This document shows positions 51,868 through 64,000 of a stretch of DNA of 64,000 nucleotides, piece after piece. Source of the DNA: Klebsormidium nitens (lineage: Eukaryota; Plantae; Klebsormidiophyceae); assembly GCA_000708835.1 (NCBI GenBank), contig DF237279.1, forward strand, positions 1 through 64,000, given 5' to 3'. The translations under genes and the position numbers were made by a program. Below the pieces are notes generated by a model. The model saw nothing but the letters and a program-made list of their open reading frames with translations, searched no databases and was not told the origin of the DNA. Every line of letters starts with the position of its first letter. The stretch's first letter is position 1.

Positions 51868-54800
51868 ATGGCGCCCGCCAATCAACGCCCGGCTTTCAAC
51901 CTCCCAGATCTCCGCTGGCTTTCTCCTCCCAAATGGAAACCCCCAGAACGAAATACACAACCGGCCCTGGACCAGGGCACCAAACCCTTAAGCGAAAATG
52001 CGACCAGAAAAATCCAGGGTGCTACGGAACCAGCGCAGTCAAGAACACCGGAGAAAGGGAGCCCGCCGCCGCGGCAAAGGAGGCTGTGGGACTCGTTTGC
52101 TGCCAGGGGGGAGAGCTTGGTGCCCTTCCGGCAGAGGAATGGGACCCCCCTGGAAAATGAAAATGGTGACGGAACAGGGAAAATGGAGCCCGCAAAAATC
52201 AATGCTGGAAACAGCATTCCTGTGCGCTGGCCAGTGCCAGCTGTCCCAATGTCGCTAGAGCCGGGGGCAGCACTGGAGGATACGATGACTGCAGCGTCTG
52301 ATGTAGCGCTTGCGAGTGCGGAGAAGAGCATGGGTCCAGCGCTCAAAGACGAGCTATGCATGCAAGCGATCGATGAGACACAGTCGTCAGCAAAACCACT
52401 GTCCCCCCCAGCTCAGCCATTTGAGGTCAAGCTCCTAGTTCGGGAAAGAAAGGTGCCAGCTGTCCAGGTTTTGCCCCCCGGAACAGCCCCATCTGTCATA
52501 GTCCCAGCCCCACTCGCGGTGCCCCCCCCCTCAGCAGAGCCTCCCCTCACCCCCCCGGAAGTTATCGCTCGCGGCCGCTTTTTTTCTCCCCCCTGCGCTG
52601 CGCGGGACAGAGTTCTCCTTTCCCCCAGCCTGCGCGTGGGGACTACTGCTCTGCGCGGGCGAGTCGCTGACCTCATCAGCCCTGGGCGGCCCTTTCGGAG
52701 CCCTCGTAGCAAGTTTTTCTCGCCCCCCAGGTAAAGTTTTATCTCCTTTCTAAATATCTCTATCATCAGTGGTATCAGCATATCAGAGAAGAGCTTGCAA
52801 CTTTTGCTTTCCTTGGATCCCCTTTTTGTGCATTAGTATTATGTTGCAGAACTTGCCTCTAGCTGGCAAACAAAAAGCTCGTTCGAATGTGATATAAGTG
52901 GTCAGCACACACGAACGCGACTATGATTTGCAATTCGAATCAATAAACAGAAGATACAGACATGAAAGTACAGCTAAGTCCAGAGAAAGATGCAAGATAC
53001 GAGGGGGCCAAGCTGGTGGTTACATGTTGCCACCTTCAAGCCCTGTTTACCGCCGCTCTCTTCTATGGATAGAAGGAGTTCTTTATCAAAAACTGATCGT
53101 TATCCTCTTCGCCCTCTGCCATCCAATCAGGTACCGTGGAAAGCTCCTTAAGAAGAATGCGGCGGGAGGCAGTGGGGAGGAAGTGGTCACCGGCAGCTTG
53201 GCTCTAGGTTGCAGCTCAGGCCCGTTCCAGGGGAGTGCAAAAACGGGCGGTCAGACAGAGGGGAATCGGGTGCGGTTTTGGTGGTTGAAGGAACGGGCAG
53301 AGTTGGGCCGTGGTTGTACAGTGGGTGAAGAGAGTTCTGGGGGCCAAGCTGAGGCGCAGAGGGAAAGTTCTGCCACGGAAAGGGAACGAGTAATTTTTTC
53401 ATGGGGGAAGGGTTCCTTCTCGCCAGACTGCCAAACAGCCAAGGATCCGGAGGGGCTGTTTGCGAGGCACGACCGCAAAGAAACAAGGACCTATGATGAG
53501 TCTAACACCGAGGTTCCTCTTGAGACTGGAGCAGAACGTGTTGGTGGGCGCATGGTGTCAAACGACGTGCCAAGCCCTGCGGCTCGTACTCAGCTTCCAA
53601 CGTCGACCCCGACCCCCCTCTTCCTTGACACAGCCACAGCTGGAGAGGCTGCTAACAGAGCTGCATCACAAAGTTGGTATCGAGCTGAGCAGGAGAGCGA
53701 GATGGAGGATGGAGACACCCAGTCTGTGGGCAGTACGGAAAGTCCCGTGAAATTTGGAGGTCTCCTCGACGGCGCTCTCGGAAAGCTCGAAACGCTGGCG
53801 CTCGCGTGTAGGCTGGAGGATCTGAAGCTGGCAGGGGGAGCCAACCGGGCAGCGGAGGAGAACGGAATGGAGGTTGGTTTAGAGACCGGGGAAAGTGGTC
53901 GGGGCGACAAAGCGGGGTGGGAGAAGGCTGACTTTAAGATTGAAAAGACTAAACGGGGCCACAATGCGGGGACAGAAGAGGCGGTGTCCGAAACTGGGGG
54001 TTTAGATGGGGATGAGGAAGTTGCTTTGAAACTCCAGGGTGTGAAAACGGACGCTGACATCAGGGTGCGTGCGAACAAGACGAGGCGACCTCGAGACAAA
54101 CAGAACGGGGTTGGTGGACGAAAAAACGGGGGTGGCGGGTCGCAAGCCGGTCCGCAAAGTCTTCCTGTTCCAGCGAAAGTTTGTAAGGACCCTCCGGGCA
54201 CAGAGGACGAGCCGATTCTTGTAAAGAATTCTCAACAGACACAGCAAAGGATAAGCGCTGCCGATCCGGCGCTCGGCCTCGGTTTTCAGCACAGACGGGG
54301 CATCGCGTTTGCTGATGCGGACGAGAAGTCGGACAGGAGTTTGGACACAGGATCAGTGGTCGCGTCCGCTGAAGCCGTGCCCCAAGACCGGGCAGCCAGT
54401 TCTGGTCGGTCGGAAGAGCTGGCGGGTTTTGAGAGCGGGGTCCCTGGGATTGCAAAAGCAGCGCCAGTGCCGCCGAACGGGCAGCTCAAGACGGCGGCTG
54501 ATGGACCGAGGAACACACAGCGGTCTGCGAATGCTACAGAAGCGTCTGTGGACGGTTCCAAAGAGTCGGCAGAGGATAAATCGGGGAATTTGGACGGCGT
54601 TTCGGACCTTATCCCAAACCCTGCAGACGGTTCAACGGACAGAGAGAGCGCACCCTCCTCTTTGTGGGGTGGTGCGAGGGGCGGGTCAGAGCCCCCCAAA
54701 CAGAAAACGGACGGCAAAGCTGAGCTCACGGACGCGTCCGAGCAGGGGATCCCTTCCGGTTCGGCTGAGGAGAGCGTTGCGGTCACTGGGGTTTCAATAA

Positions 54801-57800
54801 GTTTGTGCGGTCGGGCGGAGATGGTGAGTACGAGAGGTTTCGAACAGGCGGCAACTGATGGGCAGCTCGAAGAAACGGCACTTTTGGGTAAACAAAAGCT
54901 GTCAGCTGCAGAAGGGATGACTCAGCAGACCGCAACCCAGCTTCCAGTTTCGGGCTACCCGCTGGGCGCTGCATTGGGAGCCAGATTCGAAGGGAATCGG
55001 GATGATCCGGATGATCTGGAACGCTGTGGAGGGTTGGAAGAACAGCCGTCAGGTAGTGAGAATGCCTTCGAGGGTGACCGTTCAGTGAAAGAAAGCACGG
55101 GTCTGTGGATCGGCGATGAAGGACCAGTGGAGCAGGCGATGGCGAGCGGAGAGTTGGAGAGTGGGGAGCGGAGAGAAAACCTAGAGATGGGCGCAAGGAC
55201 GGATGGAGGGTTGGAGTTTAGAGATCAAATGGAAGGAATAGTAGAGAAGGGCAGAGGATCGGAAGTAAACCCAGCGAAGGTTGAACGGACGGAACCAGAA
55301 GTAGAGAGGGGAGAATCAAAAGGTGGAGACCGGAAGAGAGGGGAAAGGGCCGAAGGGGAGCTAGATCGAGACAAACAGAAGAGAGGACTTGAACTAGAGA
55401 GGGGAGAGCCCACGCAGCAGAGCCTGGAAGACCTTGCGCAACTAGACTGGGACAGCATTCTGTCCGGCGACGTCGACTCGTGCGTCCGGCACCTGTTGGA
55501 CAGTCCGCAGTGTCAGCGACGGTCGTGGGCCTCTGGCGAGGGGACCGCTTCGCGACCAATATCGCCCCCCTGGAAAGATCGCGTTCGGGCCTCCGCCGCC
55601 GACGGGGGCCTCGCTTCCCCGCCTGCTTCACCCCCCTGGAAAACAAATCCACCAGAGATGCGTCTTAGAGAGGGCAGTCCGGGTGCAACGAACAAGGGAC
55701 CAAGCGGGGGGTCCGATTCTCGGCCATCATCGCCCCCCCGGAAAGATCCAGACCCGACTATTGCCTCAGGCTGGGGGGCAATTTCCCGCCCCGGTTCCCC
55801 CCTCTTCAGAAGCCAAAGTCTCCCGACGGATCCTACTTCGGTCGGCAGCCCAGGCGCGGCGTCGCTGGAGCCGGGTGGGGGGCTACATTCCCTGCTTGGT
55901 TCGCCCCCCTGGAGCGTGCAAAACTTCCCGGAGGTAAACCTTTTGGTGGGGAGCCCTGGGGCGGCGAGGGACGCGTTCCGTCGGTGGACCGTTCCGGGGA
56001 GCCCTGGTGTGCCCAAACCGACGGAAACAGCAGGTAAACACCGTAATATTATGTAGCGATTAGATTCTTCCAGTGTTACAGCACTTTTGTACACCCAGTC
56101 ACTTTAGAAAAGGGAGGAAAGCTCACAATTAGTCAAAATCAGCTATCACCAGATTTGGTTGTGTTTTCCTAACTTATTCGTCTATTATACTTCAAAACCT
56201 TCTTGTCTTCCGATATCAGCAGCTTGTTCGAATATAGTTGCAATGAAGAGGACTCTTTGTATTCACCTGCACAAAAATTCTAAGCACACGACAATCTGCT
56301 CCGCACCACAACCCTCTCTAACTGCCATACTAAGCCATTCCGTCCTCGTCAATTTCCTTATTGATCTTCAACATTGTTGACATGTAGAGTTTCTTTCATT
56401 CGCAGGCGTGAGGTTTAGGGAGACGCGGGACGTTGGGTTCCTGAGGGCGGTGGCTGGTTGGGAACCGGGGCTGGGCAGAAAGGCGGGAGCGGAACGGAGC
56501 GGAAGGGCAAGAGCAGATTCCGGCGGAAATGCCAGAGCAGAGCAAGAGTTGGGGCCCGAGGCCGGCGGTGTGACAGGACCACAACAGAGCGGAACAGTTA
56601 AGGCGAATTTGGATCCGTTAGTGAAAGCGGATTACGGCGCAGAACTAGTAACTAGAAGGGCGGAAAGCTCGGCAGCAATGGATGTTCCGATGGGAAGCGA
56701 GGCGGAACGAGCGGATTCTGAGGTAGGGGCTGATTGGAGATGAAAGCTTCTTATTTAAGTCGAAGCTTTTCCTCGCTTTCTTTCTTGCTATTCTACTGAT
56801 TGCTATCTCGGAATCGGAATCTGCGCACTCTTGTATCTGCTTCTCTTTACTATTGCTTCTTCTTCCGAGTCCCAAAGGGAGCTACAGACCGCAGCTTTAG
56901 ACGGCTTCTTTGCGAACGATGCCAACGCGACATCGTTCCTCTACACGACCACAGACTTTCTGAGGGAGGCTGGCAGGAGCCGATTCTTGTACACGCCATA
57001 TCACGAGGTACTATGGCAAATCTTCTCTGAGCATCTCAGAGATGGTTCCCCAAATTGCATAAGGTCTGCGCCCTAAAACCCTGGGGTTTGCGCAAAATGG
57101 TTTACGTTGCTTCTTGGCAGGACACGTCGCCGGCGGCTCCTGAATCCGCAGAAACGGAACCGGACGTGGAGGAGTTTTCCAGCGGCGTTGAGCCGCCACG
57201 CAAGCGGCGGGACGCGGAGAGAAGAAGCTCGGTGAGCAGAGGACACGTCTCTGTACGAGTTGAGATCGGGAGTTTGAGAAGTGCCGGATCACCTTTATGT
57301 CAAAAAGCACCTCCACGGATCTGGCTCAAGGGAGCCAGTTGAAACCCGTTTTTCAGTACTTTTTGTAAGCTAACGAACATGATCACGTTTGAGTCTTCAC
57401 CATCTCAGCTTCTCATGTTGTAATCCAGTCTTGAATACCGCAACAGGATACGAGATTGGAAAAAATCTACAGAAAATCTAAGACGATTACGACCCCGTCA
57501 ACTTCGTCTCTTCGGTTCGTTTCTGAAGTCAGCCACTCACATTCGCAGACATACATGGGCGCATAAAATGGTGAGAACGCGCACATATCGCTGTTCAGGA
57601 AGCAACGAAAGGATACAAGATGGCGCCGCAAGACCTTGGCAAGAGACATGAGCCCTCTCTAATCTTTGCCTTCTAGTTTTAGAGGAGGGTTACTTCTTTC
57701 TCTGTCGGCGGCGTTTCCATCCTAAAGCGGTCTGCACCACATGAAACTTGCAGGTTTCGAACCGATCAAAGCCCCAGACCCCGCAGTTTGAAAACCTCGA

Positions 57801-60800
57801 GACCGTATCCACCCAAAACGTCGAATTGTCGACCTATTTCCTCTCCCCCTCTTACAGAACCACTTGTTCGCCTTTGGCAGCTTCAGCTCAATTTTCTCGG
57901 ACCTTCAAGCTCCAAAACCAGGAACCCAAATGCTTGAATATCTAGTCAGGCTTATTTCCACCAATATCACAGGGTCACTTGTCCCGCATCCGGCGGCTCC
58001 AGTCGCGGCCTTCTTGCACCATTCTAAATACTCGAAACCCTCAAACCCCAAACCCCAAACCACGAAAACTCAGAAAACCGAAACCCTAAATTTCTTATCA
58101 CTAAGCTTTCTCAATGACTCTAATTCACAGGATCACTTGTACCGCCCAGCCGCGGCCCTCCTGCGCCATTTCCAGAACTCCAAAAACCTCAAACCTTAAA
58201 CCACGAAAACTCAGAAAACCAAAACCCTAAATTCCTTATCACTAATCCAGGATCATTTGTCACGCCCCCGGCGGCTACAGCCGCGGCCCTCCTGCGCCGC
58301 CCTCCTCCTGCCCTGCGCGCCGTACGATGAGGACGGGTGCGCCGAAGATCACGCCACGTGGCAGCCTGAGAAAGTCGCCGCCAACCGCCTCCGCATTTTA
58401 GTCGGGCCGTACGCCGACAAGGAGGGCATTCACACCGACGGCTCGGAGGGGCTGAGCCCCGAGGTGACGCCGCGGTGTGAAACGGCGCCTGGCAGGCGGT
58501 TCTTCAGGGACACGGACGCTCCTGAGAGGGTTTCCAAGTAAGGCCGACACGATTTTGAGGGCGGGTCGGAAGCTGCTCTGCTCATCGCAGAGTAACATGT
58601 GCTTCGTCTACTTTCTACGAGGCCAAAGCATTTTCATGAGCTTACGATCGGGGCTGCAGCTATGATTACACCGTTTCAACATCCTGACACGAAGGTTTAT
58701 TTTGACCGGCTTGATTCAAGCTTTGCAAGCGAAGATTGATTGTGAAAAACACCTTAAGAAACTCCTAGTGCTGTGCTAACGTTGTTCCTTCTAGTGTTCT
58801 CAATTGGTAACAAACTGACGGCGTGATTCAGGCGATGTAAAAGCTTTCGACTCCCTTCACTTTTCCCTCAACTTGGTCTTTCCGTTCATCCTTGCGCACT
58901 CAGCCCTCATTTTTCGATAGCTGGAACCATTAGGCTCCCGTTGTTCTGACGTGACTTGCTTGTTTTCCTATCCAAACAATGTTGTATGCTTTTCGAGAAT
59001 ATTATGTTTCCAACAACTTGCTATCGTTTTTATGCCATGTTTCCTTCTTCTCAATGACAGCGCTTCACGACAAGTTAACCTCTGATGTCACCCCTCTCTT
59101 CTTCACAGGCCTTCAAAGCTGTCCTTCCCCGTCGTCTCATCCGAACCGGCAGTCTCCAACGCCCTTTCCGCAACGGAAACGGGAACTCTGCGCCCGACGG
59201 AAGTCCTGTGCTCTGCGGACTATTCCCCCTCAGTGGAAGTCCGATCCTCAAGGGACGCGGAAATCGTCCGCTCATCGGACGTCCGTTCCTCAAGGGACGC
59301 GGACACGCTCGGCCCATTGGACGTCCGTTCCTCACCGGACGCTGAGACCCGGCGCTCATCGGACCTGGGCCAGCGCTCTGCGGACGCTTTCCCTCCAGCG
59401 GACGTCCGTTCCTCAAGGGACGCGGAAACCCTTGGCTCGCCGGACGTCCGTTTCTCAACGGAATCGGAAACCAGTCGCTCGTTGGACGTCCGCTCCTTCC
59501 CTGGCCCAGATACTCGGCACTCATCGGACATCCTGCGCTCTGCGGGCGCTCTCTTCTCAGCGGACGTCAGCTCCTGTGCGGACGCAGAAACTCTAAACTC
59601 ACCGGACGCAACAACTCTGCAGTCAGCGGACGCGTTACCCGCAGAGGACCCAGCCAGTCCCGTTCTGACAGCCGCCACAACTGTGGCTCCCCCGGAGAAC
59701 TTCACCGGTCAGATTTCTGAAGCGGGGCTGTCGAGCCAAGCCTGGGGAGAGTCAACCGACCAAGATTCTACCGGAAAGAGACTAACCGAGTCAGTTACGG
59801 TAGAACCCACCGACCGGGTTTGTCTTGAGGAAGGGCCTTCTCGGCCAGTTTCTGGGGGAATGATCGACCAAAGTTCTGCCGGGAAGAAACCATTTGGGTC
59901 GGCCTCGGCGGAAAGCACCGGCCCGGACTCTGGTGAAGAGAGTCCGTTCGAGTCAACCTCGCTGAACGGCACCGCCCGAGATTCCGCCGGAATAGAGCTG
60001 CCTCGGTCTTCCTCCGCGGAAAGCACCGACCAGGACTTTGTTGAAGCGATTCCGTTCCAATCAGCATCCGTCGAACGTACCGCCGATAGTTTCGTCGAAA
60101 GTGAGCTGCTTCGTTCAGTCTCGGAAGAGTTCGTCGAGCGCTTGTCTTCGGGAGATTGGACTGGAAAGAACTGGGCGATCGGCGAAATCTTGGAGCGCTT
60201 CCGCGTTCAAAGGCGGGCGGGGAGCCGTTTCCCGGTCGCTCGACGGAACAACCGGGCATCAGAGGGATCCCTCTCGAGCTTGAGCTCTGCTGCTAACCGG
60301 GGCAGAAGCGCCCGGGTCAGTGACCCGGGCTCTGAGGACCTAGATCGAGGCGACACGGGGGCGAAAACGCACGACGAGCGAGCACGGGCGAGACAGCTTA
60401 CGGGCCAGCCGGTCGCTCAACGTAACCGGGCGGCTGAGGGATCCCTCTCTAGCTTGAGCTCTGCTCGCGACCAGGGCGAGAGTGCCCGGCTCAGTCACCC
60501 GAGCGCTTCGGAAGTGGCTGCGGGCGACTCAGAGGCAAACTTCCAGGAGGAGCGGACACCGACGGTAACGAACCAGCCCGAGAAAACTAGAGCGGGGATC
60601 AGCGACTCCTTGGGTAGTGCGGAAAAGGCCTCGGTTTGCGAGAAGCCATGCTCGGGAGGATCTCCAGCCACCAGAGAACTAGAGGGGGAAGAAGTGACTC
60701 CGAGTTTGGAACCTTCCGAAAATTTCGTCTCTCAAGTGAGCTTGGTCCTTCGGGCTGGAAGAGGAGGCGTTTTTGGTGAAGACGAACGGACGCCGAGAAG

Positions 60801-63800
60801 CCAAGAGATGGGTGAAGAAGGGGGTGCTTCTGTGCTGTCCGGAGAAACCGGAAGCGGTCCCGAATGGGTTTGCGAGGGGGAGCTGTTGGGGGCCGATGAA
60901 GGTACGCCGGAAAGCGGAAAGCGGCAAATGAAAATTGCTCATCCAGGGAGTGAAGAGATGGCAGAGCTACAAAACAGTGATGGAGAATTAGAAAGGGTGG
61001 AGATGACAACGCCACGCGGCAGAACGGGGGATCCGGAGAGAACCCTGCGCGCGCTTGGAACAGAGAGCGCGGACGAGAACGAGTTGGCCGGCGGCGATGA
61101 ACCGATGGGACACGTGGCGAGAGCGGAGCACGCTTACGTAGGTTCCATAAAGGGCCAAAATGCCAGTGGTCGGGAGGAAGAGACCGGTCACTCTGCTGCG
61201 GAGGAGAGAGACAGGGAGGTGACCGGGGGAGTGCTACCAGGGGCGGTAATGGAAGGACGGGAGGCACGACTGGGGATTGAATTGGGGAAGGCCGGGAACG
61301 GCGCGAAAGGGGCGGATCGGAGCGTTCCGGTCGCAGTAGAAAAAGCAGCGGAACTACGAAGGACGGAGGCGGCCGGGAAGAACGCGACAGCGGCGGAGCG
61401 GAGCGTTCCGGTCGCAGTAAATGCAGCGGAACTTCAAAGGGCGAAACAGGCGGAAACGGAACTGATAAAGGAGGTCTGGGTTGCGCTTTCGCCGCGAATC
61501 TGGGAACCACCCGCGGGACTGGTGCCAGGTCCAGGAGACGAACTGGAGGTGTTCGAGTTTGAGGCCTCGGACGGCGAACTGGAGGGAACGGAACGGGTTC
61601 CGGCGGAACCTGAAGTGGAAAAAGCCAGCGGAAATGGAAGCATCGTCCAGGAATCTGGTGAGGGAGCCAGGCTGGACGAACCCTGTTTGGAGATGAACGA
61701 CTTGGGCGGACTCAGTGCAAACGGTAGCAGTTTAGACGGAACGATTGTGGACGGAGTCATTGTGGGCGAAACCAGTGCGGGCGGAAGCAGTGTGGGCGGA
61801 AGCAGTGTGGACGGAACCAGTGGGGACGGTGGAGGCAGGGACGGAACGGAGCCGGACGGAATCGAGCTGGACGGACCAAGCCTAGACAGGACCAATTTGG
61901 ACCGAAAGAGGTTGGACGAACCAAAAGTGGACGGAACCGGCCTGGACGGAAACAGTCCGGACGGAACAGCTTTCGGCGGATCCGGCTTGGACGGAACCGA
62001 ACTGGACGGAACCAGTCTGAGGCAAACCAGCCTGGACAGCACCACTTTGGACGTCAGATCGGACGAAACGAGCTCAACCATAGCCAACGCGACCGGAACT
62101 GGTTTGGGCGGAACCAGTTTGGACGGAAACAGCCACGAAGAAGTCACTCGAAAAGGGAACGTGTCCAGCAGAAGCGGGCCGGTATCCGACGGAATGTCCT
62201 TGTTGCCGAAGCTGAAGTTGGGAGCGCGCGCAGAGAAAACGGCTGTGCCTGCGCGGACGGCAGAACGACGTTCCGCCGCGGAAGCGGAAGCTCCGGCCTT
62301 CGCAGGGGAGCTGCCGGAATTACGAGCAGCTCTGAAGCAGGTCAAGACGCGTGTGGCTAGCAGCCCGGAGCGCGCGAAGGTGAGACTCCTGACCGCGGTG
62401 CAGAGAAAGTCTTGAGGTTATGACATGATAAGATGTTTGTCCTATGGAGGCGTGTAGACCATTCAAAACTGCATGTCATGAGGGTTCAAAAGAAGGACAC
62501 GCAGTCACAGCTTTCGTGAAGACTAGTTTTGGTTTGGAATATGTTTATAGGAGGAATGGGAGATTGACTGAAAGTCAGGCTGTAGAATACTGGCTGGAGT
62601 CTCTGAGAGCAGCGCTTTATTGGAAGATAACAATGGGCAAAGTCTTTTCTGCAACGGCGTAAGGGATTTGGTTTGCTTGGACGATGCAAACTAGCTGAAG
62701 TCATCTCTTACCACTTTGAAGAGAGTCATCTTTTATGCCCCTTTCGGTGTCCAGGCTTAAGCATTCCGTGTAGAAAGGTTCGAAAAGCAGACATTGACTA
62801 TCTATTTCTTTGCACACGTCTCCAAACATCCCGCTTGAGAGTTCACAGCACGACAACCCGATAACCCACGAGCCAAAACACGTCGCCTATCAAACCATAA
62901 CCGATCTCTTCCCGGTATCGTTCCCCAGGTCAAGTCCCCGCGAAAGCGGAACGGCTTCGCTGCCACCTCTCTCGTCAACGGGCGCGCCGTCCTCGGCACC
63001 ACCCTCTCCCTGGCCCGGAAACAGGAGATTGCTGACGTCAGCGTGGACTCGTTTTTGAACTGGGACTTCATCGTCGGGGGCGAAGAAAGCGGCGGAGAGG
63101 GGGCTGTCGTTGCTGCTTCAGAATCGGTCTGTGGCGCTGGTTTGGAGATTGGGAATGCTGGTGCTTTAGAATCGGTCTCTGGCAGGGGTTTGGAAGTCGG
63201 TGCTTTGCAACCGGGTTCTGAAGGTGGATTGGAATTGGGTTCTGGCGGTTGTGTGGAAGGCGTCACGGAAGGCAAACCAAAGACAGTCACAGCCGATGGT
63301 TTTAGATCGGTCACAGCGGGGGTCTCAGAGGCCGACGTTACGGTCAGCGGTGGAGGATCGGTCACGGCCAGTGGTTCAGAGACGGCTTCTAAAGGAGAGG
63401 GAGAATTGGTTTTCGCCAGCGGGTTCAACTCCGCTTCAGCCCCCGGTTTAGAATCAGCCTCTGTCAATAGTGTAGATTCTGGTTTTGAGGGCGACGTAGA
63501 GCCGGGCTCTGGCAGTGGCTTCGCCGCGGCCAGCACTCCGGGGCTCCAGGAGATGTACGCGGGTGAGCTAGCTAATTCTGCCGCGTACACACCGGAACGG
63601 AAGGGAGTTGCCGACAATCGAGCGGTGCAAGGCGCGGCGGAAAAGTCTGGCGGATTCTCGCTAATGACCGAGCTCCATTGTGCACCCTTGGAGGGAAGTC
63701 CGGCGGAACCGCAACTCGGTCTAGTTGGAGACGAGGGGACGGAAAGCGGAACGGAAAGCGCGCGTGCTGGGGCCAGCTCTCACCGACCGGAATCTGCTGT

Positions 63801-64000
63801 TCCGTCGCCGGAGCCCCCGGCCGTCTCCTCAACGGAGCAGTCAGGACGGATTCAAACTCAGGAGAGGGGCGTGAAAGAGCCGCTTGGCATTCAGGAGGCT
63901 GACGTGGCACAGCCGGCTCACGTACGGGAGGATGACGCAACGGAGGCTGACGTGGCAGGGCTGGACAGGAAGTGGGAAGGTGACGTGGCGGGGCCGGAAG
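51868..64000 (+). CDS. Very large low-complexity, probably disordered protein (>2900 aa in window), 3'-incomplete
   Basis: Exons 51868-52730, 53131-56033, 56406-56722, 57121-57231, 58251-58537, 59109-62379 and 62929->64000 have GT-AG ends with compatible phases. The sequence is rich in G, E, S, P, A and R with many SP motifs, and no globular domain was recognised. It could be more than one gene. Confidence 0.75.
59233..59645 (+). repeat. Coding tandem repeat, ~42 nt (14 aa, DVRSSRDAETLGSP-like), about 10 copies
   Basis: ggacgtccgttcctca recurs; the translation reads DVRSSRDADTLGPL / DVRSSPDAETRRSS / DVRSSRDAETLGSP / DVRFSTESETSRSL. Confidence 0.85.
61720..62135 (+). repeat. Coding 15-nt (pentapeptide, x-L-D-G-T) repeat tract, roughly 25 units
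   Basis: tggacggaac recurs; the translation reads SLDGT IVDGV...ELDGP SLDRT NLDRK...GLDGT ELDGT SLRQT SLDST. Confidence 0.8.

Noticed and set aside
56870-57010. Extra exon (SQRELQTAALDGFF...YHE) in the giant gene
   Set aside because: The acceptor is atypical (gag) and the exon is not needed for frame closure. It cannot be excluded without cDNA.
51882-63940. Many 100-300 aa minus-strand and alternate-frame ORFs over the giant gene
   Set aside because: They are shadow ORFs of GC-rich, low-complexity coding sequence; the plus-strand exon chain explains them.
1-64000. tRNA or rRNA genes
   Set aside because: None recognised by eye; a covariance-model scan was not possible.

Overview
Eukaryotic, intron-rich genomic DNA with GC-rich exons and GT-AG introns that are T-rich on the sense strand. 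The plant-type proteins suggest a streptophyte green alga (Klebsormidium-like); this is inference only. (1) ~1.9-23.9 kb is a nested, heavily decayed tandem array of multi-kb units with no intact ORF and no family I can name. (2) An 8-exon WDR26/GID7-type WD40 gene lies on the minus strand at 24.6-32.3 kb. (3) A ~2.87 kb tandem duplication carries two frameshifted copies of an unknown signal-peptide, multi-TM protein (33.6-39.3 kb). (4) A 7-exon glycine C-acetyltransferase gene (minus) sits head-to-head with a 5-exon CPYC glutaredoxin gene (plus) that has a GC-AG intron. (5) A short ORF at 48.9-49.3 kb resembles bacterial/phage hypothetical proteins. (6) A very large low-complexity protein gene runs from 51.9 kb off the right end. 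The strongest unexplained pattern: introns of three unrelated genes contain decayed tandem copies of their own exon/intron junctions, mostly at 137-161 bp spacing. All exon calls and alignments were made by eye; no database searches were run.
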